Assembly (NCBI GenBank): GCA_018398765.1
Contig: JAHBMJ010000199.1
Location: forward strand, 1 to 55,219
DNA from: Chromera velia
Lineage: Eukaryota
Reading direction: 5' to 3'
Length of the DNA: 55,219 nucleotides
Shown: piece after piece, positions 41,869-55,219 of the stretch
Layout: each line of letters begins with the position of its first letter
Numbering within the stretch: position 1 is the first letter of the stretch
Notes under the pieces: generated by a model
The model's input: the letters and a program-made list of their open reading frames with translations, nothing else
Told to the model about the DNA's origin: nothing
Database searches by the model: none
Translations under genes and position numbers: made by a program

Positions 41869-43303
41869 CTCAGACCAGCCTGCCAGAAGGAAGCAGGCAA
41901 CAGACGAAATAGTACACGTATAACCAATCCCCTTCTAGCTCTCTTTTCTGAATGCAAGTAGATGGGCAAACGGAGGTACGAACAAAACGTAAAGAGACAG
42001 AGAAACGGGAGGATGGCAGCAAAAAGCCTCACGCACATATATGTTCACACACAATATCATTTATTCACATCTCTTCCTCCTCTTTGGTCTATTTCAATTC
42101 CTTCCCGAAGACTGCATGCGCGTCTCTTCGCTTGTTGCTAGGCTTGTTGGCAATAACACCGTAGATTAACTGAACATACAAGAACAGATATCAACAAATG
42201 AATGGCACCCGGTCAGAATTATCGGAGGGAGACGCCTGCCGGCATACCATTTGGCTCCACGCAGATGCATGCGCAGAGATGGCTGGCTCCACCAAGGCCG
42301 CCATCCAGGGCTCCCATCAACTCCCGTGCTGCGAAGGCTAGTGCGAGGGGGAAAGGCGATACCCAGAGAACCCAGAAGGCCTCCAAAGCACCGGTATCCC
42401 GCTGCAGGGAGAAGATGCAGAACGGATGCTAAGACATGCACGGGCTGTCCCCTCGTTTTTTCTCTTTTTTTCTTTCTTATTCAACAGACATCTCTTTTAA
42501 GATTTCTTCTCTCTTTGCTCCTCCTCTACTTATTCTTTCTCCGCCTTTTCCAGTCTCTTTTTCTCAAAGGAAGAAACTAGGGATAATCTGAAACGTTTTA
42601 AAGCAGCAGAAGGAAACGAGAAGGACACAACGAATGAATGCGCCCCCTCGTACGCTCGTACGTTCAGCTACACGAGGGGTCTGACTCCCAAGCCACGTAC
42701 AAAACAAAGCCAAGAGAAGCCGTGAGCAAAGAAAGGTCACTCTTTCAAAGGGAGTTCCAGAAGTTCCGAATGCGCGGCACGTGTAGCGCTCGACTTGTCG
42801 TTCTCGCAGTCTGCCTCTTTGACGCTCAGCTTTATAATGAGCTCAATCCTTCCCCCAAGTTCAGTGCAGGGGCGCAAGGGCGGTCCCAGGCAGTCGCAGG
42901 CACGCGCAGGCATAAACGCATGGCGGCGGCAATCAGGCAGTCCTCTGCCCATGTCTCAATATAGCTGATGTCGGCTGACGTAGGGGTAGGCAATCGACTT
43001 CGAGTTCTCATTGACAGAAGGGCTTGGCCATCTCATTAAGCACAAATGCATTTCGTGCGTGTCAGTGGCTGCATAAAGGGAGGGAGGGAAGGGACCAAAC
43101 ATATTGCAGACTGCCCCGCTGGTCTCTTTCTATCTCGCCTCTTCTTTCTGTCCCGTTTCATCTCCTTGCTGCTCCTTTCGACACATGAACTCTCAACTTC
43201 GGACAAAAGATGCTCCAGTCACATAGTAACTCAGTCGCTAGTACTTTATATGCTCGTAGCTAGCCTCGATTCGATTCGCCCCCCTAACTCCGAAGCAACC
43301 CCC

Positions 43304-45092
43304 CTCTCCCCCTTTTTCCCCCTCTTTCCCTCCCTCTCCCCCCTTCCCCATTGTCCCCCCTTCTCCCCCTTCCCCCATGACCCGCTTTACCCTTCCCGAT
43401 CCCTGTTAAAAATTTTGCCGGTGCCGGCGAAAGATGAGGTGGCAGCTGCCGTATGCCCTACTCTGTCTGCTGTGACCCTTCTGCCTCTTTTACCATCAAG
43501 GGCAGGCTCGATGTTATTTTGTACCCCTTCCTTACTTCCCCTCCTTCCTACTCCAGGCTCGCCACATTGGGTTCCGGAGTAGAAGGCCTTCCCCGGCTGG
43601 CATACCGGCCGTCACTACATTGGTCCATGTGGTATGCCGCCATCCGTCCCTTCTATCTGTTTAACATGCAAGCAGAGTCTCGTACACCCGATCAAACGGC
43701 CACTCATTGAATAATCCACACGACAGACGGACAGCCAGAAGCGACAAGCTTTCTCTCGGAAGAAAGTGACAACCTTGCAGACATATAGGAGAGGCAAAGG
43801 GCGTCTTCTTATGTTTGGACGCTGTCGGAGGACCAGTCCAGACAGACCCAAACACGCTGGAGGCGTTTGCAAGCCACGAGGGTGGTCAGCCTCGCGCAGA
43901 CAAGCAAACAACCAACAGCAAAGACAAGTGAAGGTGATCAGCCGACACTCGTCCGGAAGACGGAGACCGACGGAGACAGTTGCAGAATTAAAAGGCAAGA
44001 AAAGCACTCTACTGGCCATTTGGGTTACAATCTGCTTATAGGTGGCATTCTCAATGAAATTAAGCTCCTCGAAGTCCCAAGCAACACCAAGTAACGTCTC
44101 TACCATCGGTTTTGGTGACCTCTAACAATCTTCGGGCTCTTCACCCAAGGACAAAGGCAAAGTCCAGGATCAGACTCGAAAAAGATCTCCAAAAGATNCT
44201 CTCCCCCTTTTTCCCCCTCTTTCCCTCCCTCTCCCCCCTTCCCCATTGTCCCCCCTTCTCCCCCTTCCCCCATGACCCGCTTTACCCTTCCCGATCCCTG
44301 TTAAAAATTTTGCCGGTGCCGGCGAAAGATGAGGTGGCAGCTGCCGTATGCCCTACTCTGTCTGCTGTGACCCTTCTGCCTCTTTTACCATCAAGGGCAG
44401 GCTCGATGTTATTTTGTACCCCTTCCTTACTTCCCCTCCTTCCTACTCCAGGCTCGCCACATTGGGTTCCGGAGTAGAAGGCCTTCCCCGGCTGGCATAC
44501 CGGCCGTCACTACATTGGTCCATGTGGTATGCCGCCATCCGTCCCTTCTATCTGTTTAACATGCAAGCAGAGTCTCGTACACCCGATCAAACGGCCACTC
44601 ATTGAATAATCCACACGACAGACGGACAGCCAGAAGCGACAAGCTTTCTCTCGGAAGAAAGTGACAACCTTGCAGACATATAGGAGAGGCAAAGGGCGTC
44701 TTCTTATGTTTGGACGCTGTCGGAGGACCAGTCCAGACAGACCCAAACACGCTGGAGGCGTTTGCAAGCCACGAGGGTGGTCAGCCTCGCGCAGACAAGC
44801 AAACAACCAACAGCAAAGACAAGTGAAGGTGATCAGCCGACACTCGTCCGGAAGACGGAGACCGACGGAGACAGTTGCAGAATTAAAAGGCAAGAAAAGC
44901 ACTCTACTGGCCATTTGGGTTACAATCTGCTTATAGGTGGCATTCTCAATGAAATTAAGCTCCTCGAAGTCCCAAGCAACACCAAGTAACGTCTCTACCA
45001 TCGGTTTTGGTGACCTCTAACAATCTTCGGGCTCTTCACCCAAGGACAAAGGCAAAGTCCAGGATCAGACTCGAAAAAGATCTCCAAAAGAT
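43304..45092. repeat. Apparently identical 894-bp tandem duplication (43304-44197 / 44199-45092) separated by a single N; likely assembly overlap
   Basis: ORFs repeat with an offset of exactly 895; N at 44198. Confidence 0.9.
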
Positions 45093-46106
45093 GATTCCAG
45101 GCAGCTTGGAATACAAGGGGACGCTGAATTCCCCCACTTACGGTCTTTGCCTGACCACGCCTATATTGTTGCAATCGGCTTTCAACTGTTGCGCAAAAGG
45201 ATAGGTCTGATCTCCATCACAGAAGGTACACGAGAATCGATACTCATCGAGCTGAGCGTTCATCACAATGCTTTGTCCCTCCTGTCCGGCCACATTATGG
45301 CGTCCACTAGGGCGTTCAGAGAGAAGGTAAAGCGAGGATAAGAACGCTAAGGAAGGTTAAGAGAAGAAACGTGAGCAACACTAACTCAAGCAACACCTTA
45401 CAGGTTCACGTATTACTAAACCAGGTCTCAATCTTATTTTGACTCTCAGAGGTCCTATCAAGCTTTGTCTTCAGACTTCCGATTCTATAGATTCAATATA
45501 ATTCAATGACTTTGGCTGACGTACTTCAACTCAAACCTGCCATAGGATGTTGCTCAGACAACATGTTGCTAAAGAGGCCATGTAAACGTAGACTTGCATG
45601 TATACGCAGAGCTTTGAGTACGACACGTACAGACAAACTACGTATACGTGCAGCGGCGGAGCATGGCGTCAGCATGCGGGCTCATTCAGATACAGCATAT
45701 GCGAGGGTCCAAAAGGCGGTGCCACAGGATAGGACTCCATAAAACAATTAAGCAGGAAAACTTTTCAGATCTTTTTCAGGTTGGTGTTGTGACAGAACAT
45801 AATAGGAGGCAAACCAGATACTAGAAAAGGCCGTCAAATACTGTATGCATTCCTCTTTCAAAGTTGTACGTGGCAGTTGTCTATCCATTGGCTAGGCTAT
45901 AATTGAAACATAAATTCTTTAATCTTCCTTACAAAACCAGGTTAAATTCTCTAAGAATTTACTGAAATTTTTAAAAAAATTACTAACTAGCTTATTAAGC
46001 GGATTATTATTAAGCGGAATTTAGTTAATTTCTAGGTTAATTTACCGTGCAATCTGCTTAGAAAAGCTTTTAGAGAATTTAAAATTATAGATTCTACACA
46101 AACAGA

Positions 46107-46367
46107 TTTTACGCGTAGACTCAGCCCTTAGCCGATTTGTCTGGAATTTTTTGTACTGATCCCGAAGTTAGAGGGGTCTGGGACCCCTAAATAACCTTAA
46201 ACAGCCACTTTTAAAATTGTTTCTAATGAGTTCCTAATAGTTCCTAACCATACATCAACCCTTAAAAACACTTTAATAAGCCTCCAATATGCTATTTACA
46301 CTAGCTGATCCTGAAGTTAGTCTATGTAGACAAATTGGCTAGGTTAATTCTGAGTCCACACGTAAAA
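46107..46367. mobile_element. MITE-like element with imperfect ~36-40-bp terminal inverted repeats
   Basis: Left arm TTTTACGCGTAGACTCAG..TAGCCGATTTGTCT versus reverse complement of right arm TTTTACGTGTGGACTCAG..TAGCCAATTTGTCT; internal direct repeat CTGATCC(C/T)GAAGTTAG. Confidence 0.65.
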
Positions 46368-47529
46368 GTAAATCCTATCATATTCTAATTTTCCAGCTTA
46401 ATTGCTATCAAAAGTAATTATAATTAAGAGTTGGGAAATTTAAAATTATAAATTCCTGGTCATGGAATTCAAAATTCAATTCGATGCATGTAGAACTTGA
46501 ATTCACTTGAGTAGATTCCACGGTAATTTCATTAAAATCCTTTGAATTCTCTCTAGAATTCTTTAGTAAATTCTATGATAGACTATTAGGATGGAGGTTG
46601 GCTAGCGTTGAGTGATTCACAGAGATTGACATACACGTGCCCGGTATAATTAACCTGGTAACACGAGTCCTAGGACTGTCAAAGAGGGAATAACAAGAAG
46701 AGAGAGGCTTCAACCAGTTGGATACACTTCGATCAGAGCAAGTAGAAATAGTTGTTTCCACTCGTCGCGGCTGAGTCAGATGTGACCTCCGAGTCTTTCC
46801 ATACGCGGACTTAGGAGACTTCTTTTCTTTCTGTTGTTCTCCCCCTTCACCACATCTTTTCATCATAACCTTTTCCGTTTATTATTTGCTCTTGTTCACT
46901 TTCTTCCTTCCAACTCGCCTTTTTCTCTGCTCTCCTCTGCTGTGCTTCTCCTGCCTCTTCACCAGGCCCCGCACTTGTACCCTAGCTTGTACCGTCTCGC
47001 CTGTTTGTCCTCTTCCCGCTCTCTTTGGTGTGCAAACCTAATCGGCTGCTTCCCGATCTCGGTTCATACCCACACACCTTCCTGCCCTCCGACTGTCTGA
47101 AGGACGGGCACAAAGAAACACCAACCCTCCCTTTACGGCGCTATCCACGACTTCCTATAAACAAAAGAAGATCACTTTTTGCGATTAATAATAGAGTGAA
47201 ATATGTAACAAAAACTAAGTCTTCTTCTCCCTCCACGGGTTTGTCTGCCGCAATTGACTGAAGAAAGGGTAAAAAGAGGGAGAGATGTTACTTTTTAGAA
47301 AAAAAAAAAAAACGAAATCTGCAGAGTTCTTCTCCTTCGTTTTTTTCTTTCTGGGCAAGAAAAACGGTGAACAAAGGAAGGAAGCAGGGAACAAAGAAGT
47401 GGCAGAAGAAAGAACAGTAGGGTGGAGAAAGGAACGAGGACATAAGAAAGCAAGTAACAAACATTGGTTGTCAGAATGAACAGACAGAGCACATTGCTGT
47501 GCACTTAGACACCCACACCCACAAACACC

Positions 47530-47581
<52 letters not shown>

Positions 47582-47618
47582 CATACACATACACATACAC
47601 ACAAACACATACACACAT

Positions 47619-47663
<45 letters not shown>

Positions 47664-47767
47664 GAAAGAGAGAGAGAGAGAGCTAGAGAGAGATGAAAGG
47701 AGATAAATCCACGGAATCCGATATGCTCATAAAGAGATGGAAACATTGAGTCAAATATATGACTTAC

Positions 47768-48803
<1,036 letters not shown>

Positions 48804-48926
48804 CTGGCGGAGAGAAAGGAAGACGAGGGACAGGGGAGGGGGAGAAAGCGACACATAAGGGGTGACATATACATGTAGGCAAAGACACGCTAATGATGGC
48901 ACACATCTTACGCATTGATTCAAAGT

Positions 48927-49073
48927 CACACACACACACACACGCACATGCACATGCATACACATATTCATACGCACGCACGCACACACGCACGCCCACC
49001 CGCCCGCCCACGCCCATGCCCACGCCCACATATACAGACACATGCCTATACACACATACACACACACACACAT

Positions 49074-49136
<63 letters not shown>

Positions 49137-49167
49137 TATATATACACACACATACACATATACATAT

Positions 49168-49209
<42 letters not shown>

Positions 49210-49227
49210 ATACATACACACACACAT

Positions 49228-49292
<65 letters not shown>

Positions 49293-49324
49293 TACACACA
49301 CATACATACACACACACATACACA

Positions 49325-49360
<36 letters not shown>
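48927..49360. repeat. Long (CA/TA)n microsatellite in intron-like sequence
   Basis: Visible array; a second CA/GA array lies at ~47510-47690. Confidence 0.95.
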
Positions 49361-49362
<2 letters not shown>

Positions 49363-49711
49363 TATACATATACTGAGAGACTTTGAGAGGGGGGGAGAGA
49401 TGAAGAGAAGGAGAGACAGACTATTATAGACGGACAGGCAAACAGTGAGACTGTATGTTTTAAATTTCTTTTTCTTTTTTCTTGTTTCTCCTCCATGTAG
49501 GAAACAAAACAAGGATTTTAAAAAGGAAAACTAAAGAAAAGCAAACTAAAAGGACAGACAGATGGATAGAGAGACAAGAAGTTGCGTCATTCAAATCCTT
49601 CCCTCTCCTTTCTTTTCTTCCCTCCGAGTAGTACTTACGAGAGCACAGCTCTTTCTTCTCTGCAATGAAACACTGTATCATGCTGTTATAGAAACAATCA
49701 CTCGTGCTCAC

Positions 49712-50243
49712 CTCCTTTCCCACCACGTTGAAATTCATCTAGATGATCATCTTGAGGGTCTCGTTGACGTTGATGTGCTTCACTCTGAGCAAAGTCGCAG
49801 CTTCCCGCAGGAACTGGACCGAGTCGTTCAGGACGGCGAAGAAGTTCTTCAACTTTTTGATGCACATTACCGGCGGGACCGGAAACAGAAGGTCCTTCGC
49901 CTTCCAGACCTCCGTATCTGCACCAGGGGAGGAATATCAAAAATTACACTACACGCACATATTCTGGTACGAAAAGAAGAGACGCTCTACCGATGGACCG
50001 CCCTGATAAGGCAAAACAAACATGTATGAGGCCATACGCTTGCACATTGATGCAAGTGTGTGTATTAAGAGTTGAAAGGCAGAGAGAAATACAGAGACCA
50101 AACTGGGGGCACTCAAGAAGACACGCACAAATGAAGCCCGGGCAAATGCACATGAGACCACAGAGGCAGACAGAACTGGACTAAAAACGTACACGATGAC
50201 GATTTGGGGGATCGACTTACCCAGTCCCAGGTGGATGGCAGGT
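49712..50243 (-). pseudogene. Two exons (50243-50221, 49917-49712) of an unidentified gene, with an in-frame stop
   Basis: AG/GT-bounded and phase-compatible, giving PAIHLGLDTEVWKAKDLLFPVPPVMCIKKLKNFFAVLNDSVQFLREAATLLRVKHINVNETLKMII*MNFNVVGKE; strongly C/G-ending codons; TAG at 49739-49741. Confidence 0.6.
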
Positions 50244-51396
50244 CTTTGCAAGGAAATCAAAAAGAAGAGCCGGGATGGCGGTTTTCGATTTCTTTGCCCC
50301 CTTTTAGCCGGCGCCTGACACCTCCTGTGACCGCTTCATGCTTCGTGTACTACCTGCCGATCTTCTATCTGTCAATTTAAGTGTTCACGCAAATTAATCG
50401 CGAAGTCGAACTGAAAGTGACAGAACACCTTGAAACCGACAGCACAGTTTTAACTCCATATTGTTCTATCCCAGCAGCCTATCACCAAGTTACCCAGGGA
50501 CTTTTTTCTCTCTTTCTCCCTTTCTTGGACTTCCTACTTGCCGTCTCGTTAGTATTAATCTGCTCGCAATTCAGTCTTCACACCTGAGTAAGCGACAGAG
50601 CGCAATATCCATTTGTGACTGACTGTGACTAAATTAGCCTAACAGCCAGACTCAGCTGCTGTCTTCACAGACTTCTTGGAGGCTTTTCTGATTTAAATTC
50701 TGAATCTGTGAGGAAGAAAGATATGGATTCAGATATTAATATATAGCAAATTTTATCACACTTTGCCCATTTTGTGGTGGTCCGCGCAAGCAAAAAATTG
50801 AGTACAGGCAATTGCGGGGCCACGAGCTTGACCGAGCTCGACTTGTTTCATCACATGCATGCAAATTAAACTGCATGCATACAATAATCAGATATACATA
50901 ACTCTCCCAATCAGTGAGTTTAAAAGAATGAGTCTTCCTTCAGATGTCAAGTAGTGATTCTGTACATTGCAAAGGCTCCATAAGTATAAAACAGATCCTG
51001 ATGCATAGAACAGAACCAAATTCTATCATTTTTTTTTTTTTTAATAAAGAATGATGAAGATAGACAGTAGGCAGAGCTAGTTTTATGGCTGGGCAAACTG
51101 GCGAATGTCTTTTTTCCAATATTACAGCCCTGTCCGTGACTTTGCTTATCCTGCTCTCTTATTGAAAGAAGGGAAACATAGAAGGACGTAGAAGTAGGAC
51201 AGAAGTTCTTGAAACAATAGTTTTTGTTCCAATTCAACAGCTTGTCAGTTGGTCGCTTGAAGAGCTTGTTTGTCAGCAGCCTATCTCTTCCTTTTCTCTT
51301 CCTTCTCCTTCTAAAGTTCCCTTGCACTAAAACAAGAGGAGTCTTAGTTGTGAGCTGCGGGGGCACATCATCATGGGGAACATGGAACGGTAACTC

Positions 51397-51535
51397 TCGG
51401 AGTGTTCCAAGCTTAGGACCTAAAATCGGACTGTATTTTACGGAGTATATTTTCGGAGTGTGTCAATCGGAGTGTGTCTATTGGAGTGTATATAAGCGGA
51501 GTGTCACACAAGCTAGACTTATTATCGGAGTGTGT
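51397..51535 (+). repeat. Cluster of ~8 CGGAGTGT-like motifs
   Basis: TCGGAGTGT and variants recur at ~13-27-nt spacing. Confidence 0.75.
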
Positions 51536-52780
51536 TCTCTAAATTAAACCACCTATGATTTTTTTTTTCAAAAAAAAAAAAAAGAATCATTTTTTTTATA
51601 ACTTGAAGTAGGTAGCTTGGTTTATTCTTTAGATTTTCTAGGGAAAAAAGTTTATGGAAATCTATCTTTATAATTTTTTAATTCAGTTTTTATATGATAA
51701 GTGTGACTGTACATATGTCTCTCTATGTTTTTTAGCGTCTTCTGATTCCCTTAGCACAACCCCTTCCTCTTCTCAGACTCGCTTTGCCCTGATCCCAATC
51801 TTGATCTTCATCATGATCATCTGATAACAAGGCATTTTTTGACTCGCTATCAACAGTCCATTGTGATCTCTTCTTTTTTTGTGCTTTTACTTGCGCCATT
51901 TCCTTTTTCTTTTCATGTTGTTTGCTTTTCTCCACAGTTGCCTTCTCTTTCGGCAAAAAACCAATCAACTCACCTTTTTACACCCAAGACCCTTCATTGT
52001 ATTTCTACTTTACTTTATATTTTTTCTTCCTTCCTTCTTTCCTGGCTACTAGCAACTTTTTGACTACCCATACTTCTTGGTTCTTGCCATCTTTTTCCAG
52101 AGACTTTCTCACTTCATTTGGATAAATGATGTGCTACCCGGTTGTGCCTCGTTGTACCTGGTAGCAATCAAGTTGTTTTATTTTTTCCAGTGTTCTCATT
52201 CTATCTCCTACTCTGTATGAGTCTTGAGACCTATATGTTGCTCTGCATTGCTCTGTACTATGCTTTCTGCTCTTGTGATCCTTCTTTGTAGAACAATGAA
52301 CAACCAGAACTTACCAGGACCTGTCTTAGGCGCGGTGGCCGATTAGCCTCCGCACGAGCAGGCAGCTCTCCATGAGCTTGCTGCGCAGCTCATGCAGGCA
52401 GGGATTGGGGGGGCGGGAATCTAGGCAGGAATGCAGACTGCCTTTAACGAAGGGTTCAGGAGGTAGAGTCCTACAAGCGCGTCTGTCTAGGTCCGGTGTG
52501 TGTGGTGCACAAAGTGGTTTTCTGTTTTTGGCAGATGAGTAAATGAAGTGCTCCAGTTTCAACTCTACTACTTGCAGGACCATACATAGGACGTGTGCCC
52601 CCAACACTATCACTGATTATAAAAAAATCTTCTAGATAAATCTAATTTGTCTTAGTATAGCTCACGTGGCCTCTACATCACCTATTTTTGGTGTGTATCA
52701 CCTTTATTTGCATACGTTGGTACCACCAAAATCCGGAGTGTGTACCACCATTGCTGGAGTGTCAGGTTTCCTAAATATTG

Positions 52781-52886
52781 GGGACCAGAAAGAATTTATA
52801 CGCACACGCCGAGCGATAAAGAAAGCGCAAGGCGGGACCAGAAAGAACTTATGCGCGCACGCCGAGCGATAAAGAAAGCGTAAGAC
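52781..52886. repeat. 53-bp tandem duplication (2 copies, 5 differences)
   Basis: 52781-52833 versus 52834-52886. Confidence 0.92.
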
Positions 52887-55219
52887 AATGTCAGGCAGTA
52901 AGCACCACGCGCACATGCAGAGTGCTCATGCAGTTTACAATGCATGCATAAATACATAAAAAAAAAAATACTACAGAAGTGAGTTTATACAAAACGGAAT
53001 GACACAGAGACAGAACAGACGCTAGGGTATTCGACTATTTCAATTACGATTAAGATTTTATAGGTAAGATCATACAAAACATATAATAAAAACATAGATT
53101 ACATAAACATTTCAGGCTAAAGGAATGTAGTTCATCTTAAAAAGCTTAAATCCGGTGAAATTAAGTGTGATTACGGGAAAAAATAATTATATGCCCCCCC
53201 TTTTATGGTATGTCTCTTACAACTGATTACAGATTACGAGATTATGGCATCTTTTGAAAGACTACCAATTATAATTTTTTTCCTTGTATGCCGTTACCCA
53301 TCTCCCAGAAAGCACAAGGCTTCCCGCTGTAGCTCATACAAAAGACAATAAAAATTATTAATTCTCTTCTTTTGCAGTCTTTTGAGCGCCTATCAGGCGC
53401 TATCAAGGATTCAGGCTAGGGATTTAGGGGCAAAGAGAGGGGGGGAGACTGATGGAAGAGGCGTTGAGTTAGCTACTCGGCCTCTCTCGGGAGGCCGCAG
53501 AGCAACAGCAGCCGCCGCGAGCCTAGTTCTATTGCAGCCTAAAATTTGCCTTAATATTGTTGGTCTTGCTATTGTTTTTATTGGTTGTACCATGCAAAAG
53601 TCGTAGAAAAAGGCTAGAGAAAAAGTTTATTCATGGAGGAGGATGAGCAGGTTGCTGCAAAAAGTTGAAGAAGCGTTCAAAAAGCTCCTCATGAAGGACC
53701 TTGATGTTGTCATCGATGTTGAGATTGAAGTCTAGTGATGACATTATCGCATCATGACGGTTTTCTTTTATTTTTTGAAGGAGGGTCCAGAGAAGGGGGC
53801 TGTTTACTCTATTTTACTATACATTACAGATTATGAGTTTATGAGCCCTTTCTAGATATCACCTGGAGACAAGACTTTCATCACAGATTGCAAGCGAACT
53901 ATTGAGCATTTTGACGAGATGTTGACTTTGTTTGAAGTAATTTAATGTAATAAGTCCTAAAAAAATCGTTTTTAGTGTAGGGGTGACGTTAAATACTAAC
54001 ATACCCTATGTGTAACCCTTAAAATTCATCTAGTAATATTTTAAGTCGATTACCCTAGGAACAGACGTCAGAAAGAGGGACACAGCAAATACAGAGGTGA
54101 CATGCATTTAAGTGGACCGATACAGATAAATACCATACTATATGCATAATGCGTGCACGCATGCAGTCTGACTGACCGATCGTATCTGTTCTGAGTAGCC
54201 AACCTGGAATCTCTCTAAAAAGAGTCGAAAGATGAACGACCAGACAAACAGACCTTGGCGTAGATACACGTAAGTAGAAGTTGTAGTCCTATATGCTAGC
54301 CCTACGTATGCTCAACAAACTGGTTAGCAGAGCATTTTCTTTCTGACGGCCTCATTGGTGTCTGCTCGCAGCCATTTTGGGTGCCACTCGCTCTGGCCGG
54401 AGATACCTCAACCCGGCGCTTCTAGCAAACAGGTCTATGCCCTTATAAATGGACTTTTGCCCTCAAGTCAGACTGCAATATTGTGATACCCTAAAAATTA
54501 TTCTAGACATTATGATTTAATAGCAAAGAAATACTAACAAAAAATATGATGAAGTAAAACTAGATTACCCAAAGTAATATAGAGCCTTTTATATCATCTA
54601 CAATCGTTACTTCTGCGCAAATCTGCTCAAATATGCTTAAAAGGCTGGTTGATTAGCTAGGGTGCATGGTGGGAAAAATGATGATCACCGCGGCACGTAG
54701 AAGTTAGTGAATGTTACCTGAAAAGAAATACACAGAAACAACACTAATAAATACGCTCAAAAGCAACGTTTAACACCGCCAATCAAGTACAAAGAATTGC
54801 TTCTTCTGTAAGGGAAACAGTGCAGGAAGGAGGGCTTCATAGCTAGGCTAGTCAGACCGGACAGGAGGTAGTCAGCAGGGGTCGAAGAGGATTCCGAAGA
54901 ACAGAGCACAGAGACAACATAATCCTATTCACAAAGAACTCACACTACACGGCGTAAAAGCTTGCAAATCCTTCTGTGTGTGTCAATGAGAAGCTGTGAA
55001 AAAGAAAGACAAGTCCGTGGGTAGATCCAGATGTTCAGAGGGAGACTAGTACGGAGTGCCACAAATGAGAAAGGATGAACGAGTAAGGAGCACTTGCGTC
55101 GGGATAGTATGGACCGCTTTCAAAGACTGACACACACGGAGCAAGTGGAAGATATTCAAATGCATGAAAGCTGAGCGATTGGTCTGAGGTGAAAAATATC
55201 TGGCACGACTGAGAGCTGT

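Noticed and set aside
50990..51390. Possible decayed Gypsy RT fragment (SSAYCLSSSFFIKKKKNDRIWFC)
   Set aside because: It only loosely resembles the SP..FV.KKDG..RFC motif, depends on a poly(T) run, and has no supporting downstream motifs.
52320..55219. Decayed coding-like stretches near 52320-52610, 53400-53950 and 54250-54720
   Set aside because: Frames are broken by many stops and no family could be recognised by eye.

Overview
Eukaryotic genomic DNA with GT-AG introns full of microsatellites, frequent TGCATGCA/ATGCAT motifs and alternating GC-rich gene blocks and AT/TpA-rich decayed-repeat blocks. The organism is probably a chromerid alveolate such as Chromera; this is inferred from sequence style and gene content, not verified. 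From left to right: (1) a decayed LINE split by a full-length but defective Ty3/Gypsy chromovirus (3208-9081, minus strand) with both LTRs, a PBS, a PPT and a 5-bp TSD; (2) an 11-exon monofunctional purD (minus strand, 446 aa, splice phases checked by hand) head-to-head with a 9-exon ~2260-aa gene that has a FAM194/ERICH6-like N-terminus and a very long low-complexity tail; (3) a cluster of retroposon 3' tails, a small intronless secreted cysteine-rich protein, a truncated RLE-type (CRE-like) retrotransposon and an intronless 467-aa ORF; (4) a decayed right arm with a probable assembly duplication, a MITE-like element and an intron-retaining CDC48 pseudogene fragment next to exons of another gene. 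The most striking signal is that diverged repeat pairs differ almost only by C>T/G>A transitions, mostly at CpG and CpA (17 of 18 substitutions between the LTRs). This resembles RIP-like or methylation-driven repeat hypermutation. All coordinates and counts were made by eye.
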